Shown here piece after piece: positions 1 to 9,772 of a DNA stretch of 64,000 bases; position 1 is the first letter of the stretch, and every line of letters starts with the position of its first letter. A program made the translations under genes and the position numbers. Below the pieces are notes generated by a model. It was not told where the DNA came from. It ran no database searches and saw only the letters and a program-made list of their open reading frames with translations. The stretch comes from Nitrospinales bacterium (GTDB lineage Bacteria; Nitrospinota; Nitrospinia; Nitrospinales; JAJDAT01): NCBI GenBank assembly GCA_046757665.1, contig JBHHYO010000003.1:18049-82048 (forward strand). Direction: 5' to 3'.

Positions 1-2
1 TC

Positions 3-218
3 TGGGCGGAAGTACACCGTCCGTTCAAAAACAACGACCTGACACGGGACACGGTGAAAACCCTCATCCACGCCGCCAAATCCAGGTACCGCACCAACCT
101 GCCCGGCCTGGCCGTCAAACTGCGGGCTTGCGACAACCATATCGACCCGCCGGAAAAACAAAAATTCGTCAGCTTTAAAAATTTTCTCTATAAAACCGTG
201 AAATTCAGCGATAATTGA
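3..218 (+). CDS. 3' end of a hypothetical protein, truncated by the window edge
   Basis: Open frame from nt 3 (WAEVHRPFKNNDLTRDTVK...KFSDN) to TGA at 216-218, co-oriented with downstream genes. Confidence 0.6.
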   Translation, partial: WAEVHRPFKNNDLTRDTVKTLIHAAKSRYRTNLPGLAVKLRACDNHIDPPEKQKFVSFKNFLYKTVKFSDN

Positions 219-259
219 TTTTTACTTCTTGCTGATCCTTTTTCCAGGAAAGAAGAACT

Positions 260-661
260 ATGGAATTCCTCACTTGGACCCTGGTTGCGGTCCTGGCGGC
301 CCTGGCGGGGCTGAATTATTTCAAGACCCGTCAACTGGAACGGCAGATCATTTTAAGCGTGGCCGCGGTCAACAATTTGACTTTCCAGTTCGATGAAATG
401 ACGGCGTTTCTGGAGACCCAGCTGGCGCGCGCCTATTACGACCAGTTGCAACGCCGCGGCGGGCTGATTTTCCGCGGCGACACCCCGGTGGACGAGGCGC
501 TCTCCCGCCCCGGCGCCCGCGAGGTGCTGATCGCGCAAAAACTGATCAAGAAAAAGCAGTCGGGCCCCTTCGCCACATCGCTCGCCGAACAGGCCGGGCA
601 GGCCGGCATCTCCCTGGAGCGGGTGCTGATCGCCCTGAACAACCTGGAGGTTTCCTCGTGA
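260..661 (+). CDS. Single-pass membrane protein with coiled-coil and Cys-less DUF1858-like C-terminus
   Basis: N-terminal hydrophobic helix; C-terminal FRGDTPVDEAL...SLAEQAGQAGISLERVLIALN parallels the DUF1858 protein at 22276. Confidence 0.6.
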   Translation: MEFLTWTLVAVLAALAGLNYFKTRQLERQIILSVAAVNNLTFQFDEMTAFLETQLARAYYDQLQRRGGLIFRGDTPVDEALSRPGAREVLIAQKLIKKKQSGPFATSLAEQAGQAGISLERVLIALNNLEVSS

Positions 662-1149
662 CGGCGGCGCTGTTTTCCTTCGCGGCCCTCGCGGTCCTGA
701 CGTTGTCCGTCATGAAAACGTCCCGGCTGTTTCAGGAGTTTGAAACCCTGAACAAGCAAATCGGCGGGTTGCGGGAGCAGTTCCAATCCACGCGCCTGCG
801 CTTGAGAAAAAAAATCAACCGCCTGGTCGTTTTGCAAAAAGAGTCGGCTGGAGAAACCATCCCCACCGTAACGTTTCAAAAGCTGGGGAAAACCGTGAAC
901 GTCCTGTTTCCCGACGACACGATTTATTCCCTGGCCGAGGACGAGGGGTTCGGCCTGACCGGCACCTGCGAGGGCAACGGCGATTGCGCCCTCTGCGCCA
1001 TCAGCATCGTGTCGGGGGCGGAAAACATCAGCCCCATGGAGGAGGAAGAAGCGGCGATTCTGAAACAGCTCGACCGTCCGGCAGGGTGCCGCCTGTCCTG
1101 CCAGGCCCACGTGAAAGGCGATATCGTCGTGAATTTCCTGGAACTGTGA
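658..1149 (+). CDS. Membrane-anchored 2Fe-2S ferredoxin
   Basis: CEGNGDCALC (Cx5Cx2C) plus RLSCQ; N-terminal TM and coiled coil; GTGA overlap with upstream gene. Confidence 0.85.
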   Translation: MTAALFSFAALAVLTLSVMKTSRLFQEFETLNKQIGGLREQFQSTRLRLRKKINRLVVLQKESAGETIPTVTFQKLGKTVNVLFPDDTIYSLAEDEGFGLTGTCEGNGDCALCAISIVSGAENISPMEEEEAAILKQLDRPAGCRLSCQAHVKGDIVVNFLEL

Positions 1150-1266
1150 AATATTAAAACTGGCGGCGGCGAGCAACATCGGCTAAAATTGACACGACGC
1201 GCCAATATCGTTCGCGCCATCCGTAAAACCGTTTTACCCAATCATTAAATCCTGGAAGGAGAAACC

Positions 1267-2577
1267 ATGCCCCCCACAGCGCTCGTCGCCGAAAAATTTA
1301 AAGTCAAGGACCTCTCTCTCGCCGACTGGGGCCGGGAGGAAATCATCCTGGCGGAAAAGGAAATGCCCGGCCTGATGGCCTTGCGGGAAAAATACGGCAA
1401 ATCCAAGCCGTTGAAAGACGCCCGTATCGCGGGGTCCCTGCACATGACCATTCAGACCGCCGTGCTGATCGAAACCCTTATCGAACTGGGAGCGCGGGTG
1501 CGCTGGGCGTCGTGCAATATTTTCTCCACCCAGGACCACGCGGCGGCGGCCATCGCCAAGGCGGGAATCCCCGTCTTCGCCTGGAAAGAGGAAACCGAGG
1601 AGGAATACTGGTGGTGCACCGGACAGACTCTTTTATTCGACGGCGGCCAGGGACCCAACATGATCCTCGACGACGGCGGCGACCTGACTTTTCACGTGCA
1701 CGAGCACCATCCGGAACTGCTTGCCGAAATCCGCGGCATCACCGAGGAAACCACCACCGGCGTGCACAACCTCTATAAAATGCTGAACAAGGGAACGCTG
1801 AAAGTCCCGGCCATGAACGTCAACGACTCGGTCACCAAATCCAAATTCGACAACCTGTACGGTTGCCGGGAATCGCTGGCGGACGGCATCAAGCGGGCGA
1901 CGGACATCATGCTCGCCGGAAAAGTGGTGGTGGTCGCCGGGTACGGCGACGTCGGCAAGGGATGCGCCCAGTCGATGAAGTCCTACGGCGCCCGCGTCCT
2001 GGTCACGGAAATCGACCCCATCTGCGCCCTGCAAGCCGCGATGGAAGGCTATGAAATCACCACCATGGAGGACGCGGCGAAAATCGGCGACATCTTCGTC
2101 ACCACCACCGGTTGCCGGGACATCATCCGCATCGACCACATGGAAGCGATGAAGGATAACGCCATCGTCTGCAACATCGGCCATTTCGACGTGGAAATCC
2201 AGGTGGAGCCCTTGAACCGCTATCCCGGAATCAAAAAGCGCGTCGTCAAACCGCAGGTGGACAAGTACACGTTCCCGGACGGGCACAACATCATCCTGCT
2301 GGCGGAGGGGCGGCTGGTGAACCTCGGTTGCGCCACGGGGCATCCCTCGTTCGTCATGTCCAACTCCTTCACCAACCAGGTGCTGGCGCAAATCGAGCTG
2401 TTCAAGAACAAGTACGAAGTCGGCGTTTACATGTTGCCGAAACAACTCGACGAGGAAGTCGCCCGACTGCACCTGGAAAAACTCGGCGTCAAGCTGACCC
2501 GCCTGACCTCGGAACAGGCCGATTACCTGAACATCCCGGCCGACGGCCCCTACAAGCCGGAGCATTACCGGTACTGA
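1267..2577 (+). CDS. ahcY: S-adenosylhomocysteine hydrolase
   Basis: [51 protein letters not shown]-terminal HYRY. Confidence 0.98.
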   Translation: MPPTALVAEKFKVKDLSLADWGREEIILAEKEMPGLMALREKYGKSKPLKDARIAGSLHMTIQTAVLIETLIELGARVRWASCNIFSTQDHAAAAIAKAGIPVFAWKEETEEEYWWCTGQTLLFDGGQGPNMILDDGGDLTFHVHEHHPELLAEIRGITEETTTGVHNLYKMLNKGTLKVPAMNVNDSVTKSKFDNLYGCRESLADGIKRATDIMLAGKVVVVAGYGDVGKGCAQSMKSYGARVLVTEIDPICALQAAMEGYEITTMEDAAKIGDIFVTTTGCRDIIRIDHMEAMKDNAIVCNIGHFDVEIQVEPLNRYPGIKKRVVKPQVDKYTFPDGHNIILLAEGRLVNLGCATGHPSFVMSNSFTNQVLAQIELFKNKYEVGVYMLPKQLDEEVARLHLEKLGVKLTRLTSEQADYLNIPADGPYKPEHYRY

Positions 2578-2599
2578 CTAACGGAGACGGCGGGCTTGC

Positions 2600-2920
2600 T
2601 CAGGCCCGCGTCCAGAATTGGATGATCATCCCCCCGGCGACGATGAAGCCGCCGCCGACCAGCAGGGGAAGCGTGATTTTTTCCTGGAAAAACCAATACC
2701 CCGCCGCTTGGCTGGCTACGAAAAAGAGAACGATGTAGACGCCCATCATGCGGTTGAAATTCATGGGCGCCAGATTGATCAACGTGCCGTAGGCCGTCAA
2801 CAAAGCCGCGCCGAGCAAAAGAAAATAGAAGGCGCCGTGAAGCCCCTTGCGAATCAAGGCGTCGCCGCCGACCTCGAACGCCGAGGCAATAATCAAAAGA
2901 GACAAACTCAACCCGGACAT
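2600..2920 (-). CDS. Small 4-TM SMR/DMT-like membrane protein
   Basis: 106 aa from ATG at 2920; four hydrophobic segments; Glu in TM1 (AFEVGGDA). Confidence 0.7.
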   Translation of the reverse strand: MSGLSLSLLIIASAFEVGGDALIRKGLHGAFYFLLLGAALLTAYGTLINLAPMNFNRMMGVYIVLFFVASQAAGYWFFQEKITLPLLVGGGFIVAGGMIIQFWTRA

Positions 2921-2975
2921 AGCGTTTCCTTTATGAAGTTTTGCAGTTGCGAGGCGGGACGGGACAACATTCCCG

Positions 2976-3302
2976 TTAGCCTCGGGGATGGTCGTCACAC
3001 TCGCGGACGGCGGCGCGGATCATCTCACTGGAAGGATAGCCCTTCGGAGTTCCATTCCACAGATAAATGCGGCATCCCCGGCCAAAATCGGCCGAGGCCC
3101 GCGCTTCTTTTTCAACGTCCCGCCCGTCAATGTGAATCGAGGGCGAGCCAAGAAACCGGCGCTCTACCGCCTGCTCGCCGGAAGTCACGTTGATCGTTTC
3201 CACCGGCGCGTCGATGCCTTCCTCCGCCAGAACCTGCCGCAGAAGTTCGAGGGCGGGTTCGTGGTTGGGACAACCGTCAAAATATAAAAACTCGATTTTC
3301 AT
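2976..3302 (-). CDS. Thioredoxin-fold protein (DUF2703-like, mer-associated type)
   Basis: MKIEFLYFDGCPNH, FLGSPSI and GCRIY motifs; GGAG RBS before ATG at 3302. Confidence 0.75.
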   Translation of the reverse strand: MKIEFLYFDGCPNHEPALELLRQVLAEEGIDAPVETINVTSGEQAVERRFLGSPSIHIDGRDVEKEARASADFGRGCRIYLWNGTPKGYPSSEMIRAAVRECDDHPRG

Positions 3303-3306
3303 GATA

Positions 3307-3579
3307 TCACTCCTTCCGCAACGATCCGGGAACAACCTCGCAGGTTGCCGCGCCGGCGCCGGACCCGCTTTTTCTCCGGCAACGCAAATAATACGACCAG
3401 CCGAAAAGCAGGCCGGCCAGGGCCAGCAGGGGCCAGTGCAAAAACCCGATATCCCGGATGAAGCTTACAGCCCCCGCGCCGAGTCCCAGACCGGCCAAAA
3501 CGGTGGGGCCCACGCAACAAACAGAGCCGACCCCCGCCGCCGTCAGTCCACCCAAAAAGGAAATATTTTCTTTTCGCAT
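3307..3579 (-). CDS. MerT/MerF-like mercuric ion transporter (two TM helices)
   Basis: GGLTAAGVGSVCCVGPTVLAGLG: vicinal CC plus GP in TM1, and further Cys in the tail. Confidence 0.75.
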   Translation of the reverse strand: MRKENISFLGGLTAAGVGSVCCVGPTVLAGLGLGAGAVSFIRDIGFLHWPLLALAGLLFGWSYYLRCRRKSGSGAGAATCEVVPGSLRKE

Positions 3580-3639
3580 TCGTGCCACCTCACAAAATTC
3601 TTTCAATGAATGATTCAAACGTTCGCGCTTCGTATTTCG

Positions 3640-4629
3640 TCAATCCGTGCCCCGCACAGCCTCTGGCCCCCGGTCGCGATCCGGCGGATAAATGGAGTTG
3701 ATCACGTTTCCAAGCATTTTGGATTCGTTCAGAACGCGGGCTCCCTCGTCGCCGATAGGGTTCCCCCACATTTGCAAAATACGCAGATTGCGGAAAATCT
3801 TCGAACCCGCTATTGCAGTCGCTCCCTCGGCGGTAATTGCGTTCCATTGCAAATCCAGTTCCCTTAGATTTTTGAGTGGAGAAGCCCGCGACAGTATTTT
3901 CACACCCCCGCTCCCCAAACGGTTTTTTCTGAGGACCAGTTTTTCCAGAAGCCGCACGGGCGAGTCCGGCAAAGCCTTTATCCCCTCCGGGCCTATATCG
4001 TTTTCGGGGACTTCAAAAACCGCAAGCCTGCCGAGAAGCGGCGATCGGATCAAAGCGGCAAACCCCGCGTCGCCAATGTTGTTTTTTCCCAAAACGAGTT
4101 CTTCGAGATGTTTCAATGTTTCGGATTGGGCGATCACTCGGGCGCCCGCGGTTTCTATGCCGTTTCCCGTCAGGTCCAGAGAAACCAGCCGGGTCAAAAC
4201 GCTTGAATGCGCCAGGGCACGCGCGCCTGCCGGGCCAATATGACTTCCCCACAAATTCAGCTTCCTCAATTGCTTGAAATTTTCGGACCGCGCAATGGCC
4301 TTTGCCCCTTCCACTCCAATCTGGTTATTGAACAAATTCAAAACCTCAAGATTCTTGAGATACCTGGACTGCGCCAGGGCAATTACGCCTTCATCCGTTA
4401 TGTCATGTCCTTGCAGAGCCAGGACCTTGACCTTCCCCACCATCCTCGACTTGGCCAGCAACTTGACTCCCGCGTCCTTGAGAATCCCGCTCCTTTCCAT
4501 GGCAAGATAGGTGCCGTTTTTCTTAAGATCGCTATAGATCAGGGGATTGATGTCCAAAGCGGAAGCCGGAATGGGACCTGTCAGCAGAAACCCCAGGGTG
4601 GACAAACCCGCCAGTACCGATTTCGTCAT
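3640..4629 (-). CDS. Secreted leucine-rich-repeat protein (about 28-aa RI-like repeats)
   Basis: Signal peptide MTKSVLAGLSTLGFLLTGPIPASA; repeated LxxLxLxxNxIGxxGAxALAxS. Confidence 0.88.
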   Translation of the reverse strand: MTKSVLAGLSTLGFLLTGPIPASALDINPLIYSDLKKNGTYLAMERSGILKDAGVKLLAKSRMVGKVKVLALQGHDITDEGVIALAQSRYLKNLEVLNLFNNQIGVEGAKAIARSENFKQLRKLNLWGSHIGPAGARALAHSSVLTRLVSLDLTGNGIETAGARVIAQSETLKHLEELVLGKNNIGDAGFAALIRSPLLGRLAVFEVPENDIGPEGIKALPDSPVRLLEKLVLRKNRLGSGGVKILSRASPLKNLRELDLQWNAITAEGATAIAGSKIFRNLRILQMWGNPIGDEGARVLNESKMLGNVINSIYPPDRDRGPEAVRGTD

Positions 4630-4649
4630 AATGACCTTACCCCTAAAAA

Positions 4650-4770
4650 GAAACTCTGTAAAAATCCTTGTTTGATTGTCGTTGCGAGGCGGCTCAGCCG
4701 ACAAAGCAATCCGGAAGGCTGGATCGCCACGCCGCTGGTTGCGGCTTGCAATGACGCCGGGATGGCGGCG
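4650..4770. repeat. MITE/REP-like repeat family 1, copy A
   Basis: ttgtttgattgtcgttgcgagg...gcaatcc...ggctggatcgccacgccg...gcaatgac matches copies at about 10.4, 12.65, 34.4 and 37.0 kb. Confidence 0.85.
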
Positions 4771-4772
4771 CA

Positions 4773-6923
4773 CTAAGGGAAATCGTGAACCATCAGATTC
4801 ACTTCCAGTCCGTCAAGTAAAAAGCCGAAATTCGCGTTGCCCGCCATGGTCGTAATAATCCCCTTTCGGTCAACCCGGCGAATCCTGTTGTTGATTCGAT
4901 CGGTAAAATAGAGATCACCTGCCGCGTCAAACACCATGCGGCGGGGATGATTCAACTGCGCCAGGACCGCGGGGCCGCCATCACCGCTGAAACCGGCTTC
5001 ACCGGTTCCCGCAACGAGAGTGATGATTCCGTTTTTGTCGATTTTGCGAATCCGATGGGTTTGTTCCTCGGCGACATACAATTCCCCCGCCGGGGAAACC
5101 GCCAGCCCGGAGGGAGAGCGAATGCCCGCCAACAGCGCCGGCCCGCCATCGCCGAAATCGTCGAAGTCTCCCGTTCCCGCGACGGTCGTGACATTTCCCG
5201 CAGTATCGATCTTTCTGATCTTGCTACTGCCGGAATCGGCAACATAAATATTTCCCCGTCCATCGACGGTCAAACCGTTGGGATGAATATCGCCTTCCAG
5301 GTCTCCCCATCGCTTTTCGGCCACCCGGGTGATGATGCCGTTTTTGTCGATGCGGCGGATGAAGGGGTTGGCGTTATCGGCCACCAGCACGTTTCCTTCC
5401 GGGTCCACCGCAAGGTCCCGGATCGCGTAAAAAGAAGCATCAATGGCAGGCCCGCCATCGCCGCCGGTGCCGACCTTGCCGTTGCCCGCAAACCGGGTGA
5501 TCTTTCCCCGGGCATCTATTTTTCTTATATTCCAGCCGTTGGCCAAAGGCGAAACGAGATAGATATTATCCTCGCGGTCGATGGCCAGGGCGGAAGGCCG
5601 GAACAAGGAAGCGTAAGCGGCCGGTCCGCCGTCACCCAAATTTCCGGGTTTGCCGTTTCCCGCAAACCTGGAAATGTATCCGTGGGAATCGATCTTGCGA
5701 AGCTCGTGGTGCATCTGATCGGCGAAGACAATATTTCCCCTGCCGTCGATCACCAGCCCTTGCGGCCCGTTCAAGGTAGCTCCCAGCGCCTCGCCTTGAT
5801 CCCCTTTCAATAAAAATTTTCCGTTGCCGGCGATGGTCTCAACCCGGCTCCTTTGAAACTTCAACCGCCGAACACGAAAATGCGACCGGTCCACGACGAC
5901 CAGACTGCGGCTCCCCGGCTCCACTTCCAGGGCAAACGGCAGGTGGAGATTGGTTTCCGAGGCCAGGCCCTGATCGCCGTTGTAATCGGTCTGCCCCGTT
6001 CCCATAAGCGTAAAAATAATTCCGTTGGTGTCGACTTTGCGGACGCGGTTGTTGTTTCGGTCGGCGATGTAAAGGTTGCCCGCATCGTCCACGGCGACAT
6101 CGGTCGGATAGGCCAGGTTGGCCAAGGTCGCCGGGCCATAGTCGCCGCGGGAAGCGAACAAGCCGTCTCCGGCCACGGTAATGATGACTCCGTCTCTGCC
6201 CACCTTGCGGACCCGGTTATTGCCCCGGTCCGCGATATACAAATTTCCCGCGCCATCCAGGGTGATTCCAAAAGGAAATTTTAAAAAAGCATCCTCGGCG
6301 GGCCCGAAATCGCCGGCAAAACCGGCAACCCCCAAACCCGCGAAAGTCGTGATGATCCCCCTGGAATCGACCTTGCGGATTCGGTGATTGGAGCGGTCGG
6401 ATATATAAATGTTTCCGTCGCCGTCACAGGCCACGTCGGAAGGCAAGTTCAAGCTCGCTTGCGTCGCCGGCTCTTCATCTCCCGCATAGTCGGCGATGCC
6501 GTTGCCGGCGATGGTGGTGATGATCCCGGAAGGATCGACCTTGCGCACCCGGTGATTGTTGCGGTCGGCAATGAACAGGTTTCCCTGTTTATCGAAGGCC
6601 AGCCCCGCGGGGAAGTTGAGCGAGGCTTCCACGGCGGAGCCGCCATCGCCGCTGAAACCGGCCTTGCCGTTTCCCGCCACCGTTGCGATAATTCCGTTCT
6701 TGTCGATTTTCCGGACGCGGTTTTTGGAGCGGTGGGAAATGTAAATATTGCCTTCGGGATCCACGGCAATGCCGTCCACCAAAGTGAGAATGGCCGAAAG
6801 CGCGGACCGCCCATCTCCAACGTCCTTGAAGAACCGCACGGGAGCGGAGATAGCCTCGCCCACAAAAACCAGCAGTGCCAGGGCGCAAATCAGCCCCCTG
6901 TTCAAACAAGTTGTCATTTTCAT
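4773..6923 (-). CDS. Secreted NHL-repeat protein (about 12 repeats, probably two beta-propellers)
   Basis: Signal peptide, then repeated PxGLAxDxxGNLYIADRxNxRVRKVDxxGIITTxAGxG-GxxGDGGPA. Confidence 0.9.
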   Translation of the reverse strand: MKMTTCLNRGLICALALLVFVGEAISAPVRFFKDVGDGRSALSAILTLVDGIAVDPEGNIYISHRSKNRVRKIDKNGIIATVAGNGKAGFSGDGGSAVEASLNFPAGLAFDKQGNLFIADRNNHRVRKVDPSGIITTIAGNGIADYAGDEEPATQASLNLPSDVACDGDGNIYISDRSNHRIRKVDSRGIITTFAGLGVAGFAGDFGPAEDAFLKFPFGITLDGAGNLYIADRGNNRVRKVGRDGVIITVAGDGLFASRGDYGPATLANLAYPTDVAVDDAGNLYIADRNNNRVRKVDTNGIIFTLMGTGQTDYNGDQGLASETNLHLPFALEVEPGSRSLVVVDRSHFRVRRLKFQRSRVETIAGNGKFLLKGDQGEALGATLNGPQGLVIDGRGNIVFADQMHHELRKIDSHGYISRFAGNGKPGNLGDGGPAAYASLFRPSALAIDREDNIYLVSPLANGWNIRKIDARGKITRFAGNGKVGTGGDGGPAIDASFYAIRDLAVDPEGNVLVADNANPFIRRIDKNGIITRVAEKRWGDLEGDIHPNGLTVDGRGNIYVADSGSSKIRKIDTAGNVTTVAGTGDFDDFGDGGPALLAGIRSPSGLAVSPAGELYVAEEQTHRIRKIDKNGIITLVAGTGEAGFSGDGGPAVLAQLNHPRRMVFDAAGDLYFTDRINNRIRRVDRKGIITTMAGNANFGFLLDGLEVNLMVHDFP

Positions 6924-6969
6924 ACTGCCCGCCAAATCGAAAGCTTCCCGCGGCAAGCCGTGCAGAGCG

Positions 6970-7401
6970 TCAGGGCGACCGGCTTGCCGTCTTGCCTTCA
7001 GCCTCCATCTCAAAATTCTCCAGGATCGGACAGTCGGAAGTCGGCGCGTTTGTGCGGCATTTCTCGATCAGCCCGGTCAGCGCTTTGCGCATCGATTTCA
7101 AGTTCCTGATTTTTTTCTCAACCTCATCCAGCTTGCCCTGGGCCTTCCGCAAAACCGGTCCGCAGGCCTTGCCCTTGCGCACGCGGAGCTTCAACAGCTC
7201 GGCGATTTCCTCCAGGGTAAACCCCAGTTTCTGGGCGTTTTTGATAAAGCGGACCCGGGCGGCGTCCGACCCGGTGTAAAGCCGGTAGCCCTTCTCCGAG
7301 CGCAACGGCGGGTCGAGCAGTCGCCGGTTCTCGTAATAGCGGAGCGCCTCGATGTTGATTCCGCATCGGCGCGCCAATTCGCCGCGTTTCAAGTATCCCA
7401 T
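6970..7401 (-). CDS. merR: MerR-family heavy-metal-responsive regulator with three conserved Cys
   Basis: HTH (GELARRCGINIEALRYYE), GYRLY, FIKNAQKLGFTLEEI; Cys in KACG, EKCR, SDCPIL. Confidence 0.85.
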   Translation of the reverse strand: MGYLKRGELARRCGINIEALRYYENRRLLDPPLRSEKGYRLYTGSDAARVRFIKNAQKLGFTLEEIAELLKLRVRKGKACGPVLRKAQGKLDEVEKKIRNLKSMRKALTGLIEKCRTNAPTSDCPILENFEMEAEGKTASRSP

Positions 7402-7425
7402 GATTCCTCCTGCCTCTCTCTCAAT

Positions 7426-7456
7426 AATATATCCCTGTATCTTGATACAGGGTCAA
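7426..7456 (-). promoter_or_regulatory. MerR-type promoter/operator P1 upstream of merR
   Basis: Minus strand TTGACC-19 bp-TATATT with perfect dyad CCCTGTATC-AA-GATACAGGG. Confidence 0.9.
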
Positions 7457-7508
7457 GGAGAAAATGCGCCGGGGGCGATTTTCTCCCAAGTCCGGCGGGC
7501 GGTTGCGG

Positions 7509-8501
7509 TCAGGGCAACCCGCTTTTCAAGTGGAATATCTGAACGCGGTTGTTGCCCCAATCGACGGCATAGAGCCGGTTTTGCGAGTCCAGGGCGAGGT
7601 CGGTCGGCGCGTTGAACCGGCCCGGCTCCTCTCCCTTGCCGCCCCACTGGGCGAGATACGAACCCTGATCCGAGAAGACCTCGACGCGGTGGTTGTAGAA
7701 ATCCGCGACGTACACGCGGCCGTCCCCGCCGACGGCAATTCCGGCAGTGACCCGGAACTGCCCGCCCAGGTACCCGGCGCCCCCCCATTGAAACAGGAAC
7801 TTTCCCCCGGAGGTGAAAACCTGTACCCGGTTGTTGTAGGCGTCGGAAACGTAAACCCTGTCTTTCGGCCCCACGGCGATGCGGGCCGGATAATTAAAAT
7901 TGCCCTCGGCGCCGGGATTGATCATGAAGGAAAAAAACGACCGCACCACATTGATGGGCCGGTACTCGCCCCATGCCTGCAAAAAGTTCCCCTGTGAATC
8001 GAATTTTTGCAGTCGATGATTGTAGGTCTCGATGACGTACAGGTTGTCGTGGGAATCGACGGCCACGCCGCCGGGGGAATCGAACTGGCCATGCCCTTTG
8101 CCGTTGCCTCCCCACTGTTTCAGAAAGCGCCCCTCGGCGTCGAATTTCTGGATGCGGTCCAGATCGTAATCGCTGACATACACGTTGCCCCGCGAGTCCA
8201 CCGCCAGGCCGGACGGTTTTTCAAATTGGCCCGGCGCGTCGCCCTGCCCGCCCCATTGCCGGACGAATTTGCCGCTGGCGTCGAATTGTTGCACGCGGTG
8301 GTTGCGCACGTCTCCCACATAGACCCGGCCCTTGCCGTCAACGGCAATGGCGTAGGGCTCATCGAACTCGCCCGGCCGCTCGCCTTTTTTGCCGAATGCG
8401 TCAACCCCGGAAAACGGCGGCGCCCCGCCCGAACAGCCGCCGAGTAAAAGAACAACAAGAAAACCCAAGAGGAGGCAGACCATGCGGAAGCGTTGCATCA
8501 T
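7509..8501 (-). CDS. NHL-repeat lipoprotein (six-bladed beta-propeller)
   Basis: Lipobox LLLGG-C; repeated GQFxxPxGxAVDxxGxVYVxDxxNxRVQxF; ATGA overlap with the HMA gene. Confidence 0.88.
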   Translation of the reverse strand: MMQRFRMVCLLLGFLVVLLLGGCSGGAPPFSGVDAFGKKGERPGEFDEPYAIAVDGKGRVYVGDVRNHRVQQFDASGKFVRQWGGQGDAPGQFEKPSGLAVDSRGNVYVSDYDLDRIQKFDAEGRFLKQWGGNGKGHGQFDSPGGVAVDSHDNLYVIETYNHRLQKFDSQGNFLQAWGEYRPINVVRSFFSFMINPGAEGNFNYPARIAVGPKDRVYVSDAYNNRVQVFTSGGKFLFQWGGAGYLGGQFRVTAGIAVGGDGRVYVADFYNHRVEVFSDQGSYLAQWGGKGEEPGRFNAPTDLALDSQNRLYAVDWGNNRVQIFHLKSGLP

Positions 8502-8827
8502 TTGCCTCCCTTCGTTGCGGAGCGCGTGATGGGTCCGGGCGTAAATCCGGCGTCGTCCACCGCCCGGTTGACCGCCGCGTCGCTGAGCGTGGCGCCGGGC
8601 CTGAGATAGAGCTTGGCCACGCCCTGTTTCAAATGAACCTCGACCCGCGCCACCCCCTTCAGCCGCTTCAATTTTTTCTCGACGCCATAGGTGCAGAACG
8701 GACAAAACATGCCCTTCACTTTTACGGTGATGACCTCCTTGCCGTCCTGCGCGAAAACGGGCGGCGCCGCTTGCAGGAGAAAGGCGGCCAGCACGGCGAT
8801 CCAAAAAACGGATTTTGTATTTGTCAT
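8498..8827 (-). CDS. Periplasmic heavy-metal-associated (MerP/CopZ-like) protein
   Basis: Signal peptide ending VFA-Q; GMFCPFC HMA motif. Confidence 0.9.
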   Translation of the reverse strand: MTNTKSVFWIAVLAAFLLQAAPPVFAQDGKEVITVKVKGMFCPFCTYGVEKKLKRLKGVARVEVHLKQGVAKLYLRPGATLSDAAVNRAVDDAGFTPGPITRSATKGGK

Positions 8828-8843
8828 GGAGTCCTTCTCCTTT

Positions 8844-9737
8844 TTAAAAGGTGTAGCGAAAACTGAACGCAAGCTGATAATCGGATTCCAACTGGTTGCC
8901 GTTCAAGTCTTGCACGATCGGAACTTGAATGGAAAACCCGAAAATCGTCTGCTGATCGACGAACTGGATTCCCGGCGAAAGGAACAGCGTGTTGCCGCCG
9001 GAGGCCTCGACGGTACTTCCCCCGGCCGCATTGCGCCGGGTGTAGACGCCATTGAGTTCCAGGACGGCATTCCACTGGGTGTAAAGCCCCTCGTCGGGAA
9101 ACGTCCAGGGCCAGAACCTTCTCTGGTAGGCGAAGTTGTAATTGAATTTGTCGCCGAAGTCGAAATCATTTGCCTCGCGATTAAATTTGTAGACGACGTT
9201 GATGTCCACCTCCTGGGAGAGCGAACCGAAGGTGTACAATCCGCCGGCAATAAAATCCACGGAGCCGGACCCCAACTGCAAGGGCGCGGGGAGAACGCCC
9301 GCGGAGTCGCGCTCCTCATTGTCGCCCGTCGGCAGTTCCAGCCCGCCGATCACGGAAAACCGCGAAGTCGTTCCCTTGTAATCCAGGGTATAAAACCGGT
9401 ACTTGCCCAGAAGCGTGGTGTCGCCCACCCCCTGGTTGCTCCGGGTGGAGCCGCCGGCGGTTCGCAAATCCTTGTTGATATAAGGCGCCTTCACCAGCAC
9501 CGCGGCCCGGGACGTAATCCCGTAAACCCCCACCACCGGCAGGGTGAAAACGTCCAGCTTGCGGTTCCGGCCGGAAGGGTCGTCGGCCTTGCGCACGAAC
9601 CGCGCCTGAGTGCGCACAATGACCTGTCCCTTGAAGGGAGTGAGGCCGACGTCGCTGTTGATCGGCGCGGCAAAAACCGGGCCGCCGCAAAACATGAGAA
9701 CTATTAAGGACGATAATAAAAATTTCGGTTTAAACAT
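8844..9737 (-). CDS. Outer-membrane beta-barrel transporter (COG4313-like)
   Basis: Signal peptide; GVGDTTLLGKYRF, GLELPTG, QLGSGSVD, LFLSPG; terminal YTF. Confidence 0.8.
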   Translation of the reverse strand: MFKPKFLLSSLIVLMFCGGPVFAAPINSDVGLTPFKGQVIVRTQARFVRKADDPSGRNRKLDVFTLPVVGVYGITSRAAVLVKAPYINKDLRTAGGSTRSNQGVGDTTLLGKYRFYTLDYKGTTSRFSVIGGLELPTGDNEERDSAGVLPAPLQLGSGSVDFIAGGLYTFGSLSQEVDINVVYKFNREANDFDFGDKFNYNFAYQRRFWPWTFPDEGLYTQWNAVLELNGVYTRRNAAGGSTVEASGGNTLFLSPGIQFVDQQTIFGFSIQVPIVQDLNGNQLESDYQLAFSFRYTF

Positions 9738-9772
9738 AATCGGTTCCTTCCTTTTTGGACCTTTCAATATGC

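Noticed and set aside
1150..1266. SAH riboswitch upstream of ahcY
   Set aside because: I could not find the GAGGAGCG / CAGGCTC / GCGCT core elements; an Rfam scan would be decisive
4773..8501. CRISPR-like periodic repeats
   Set aside because: Periodicity is due to NHL protein repeats; no identical repeat-spacer array or cas genes are seen in the window
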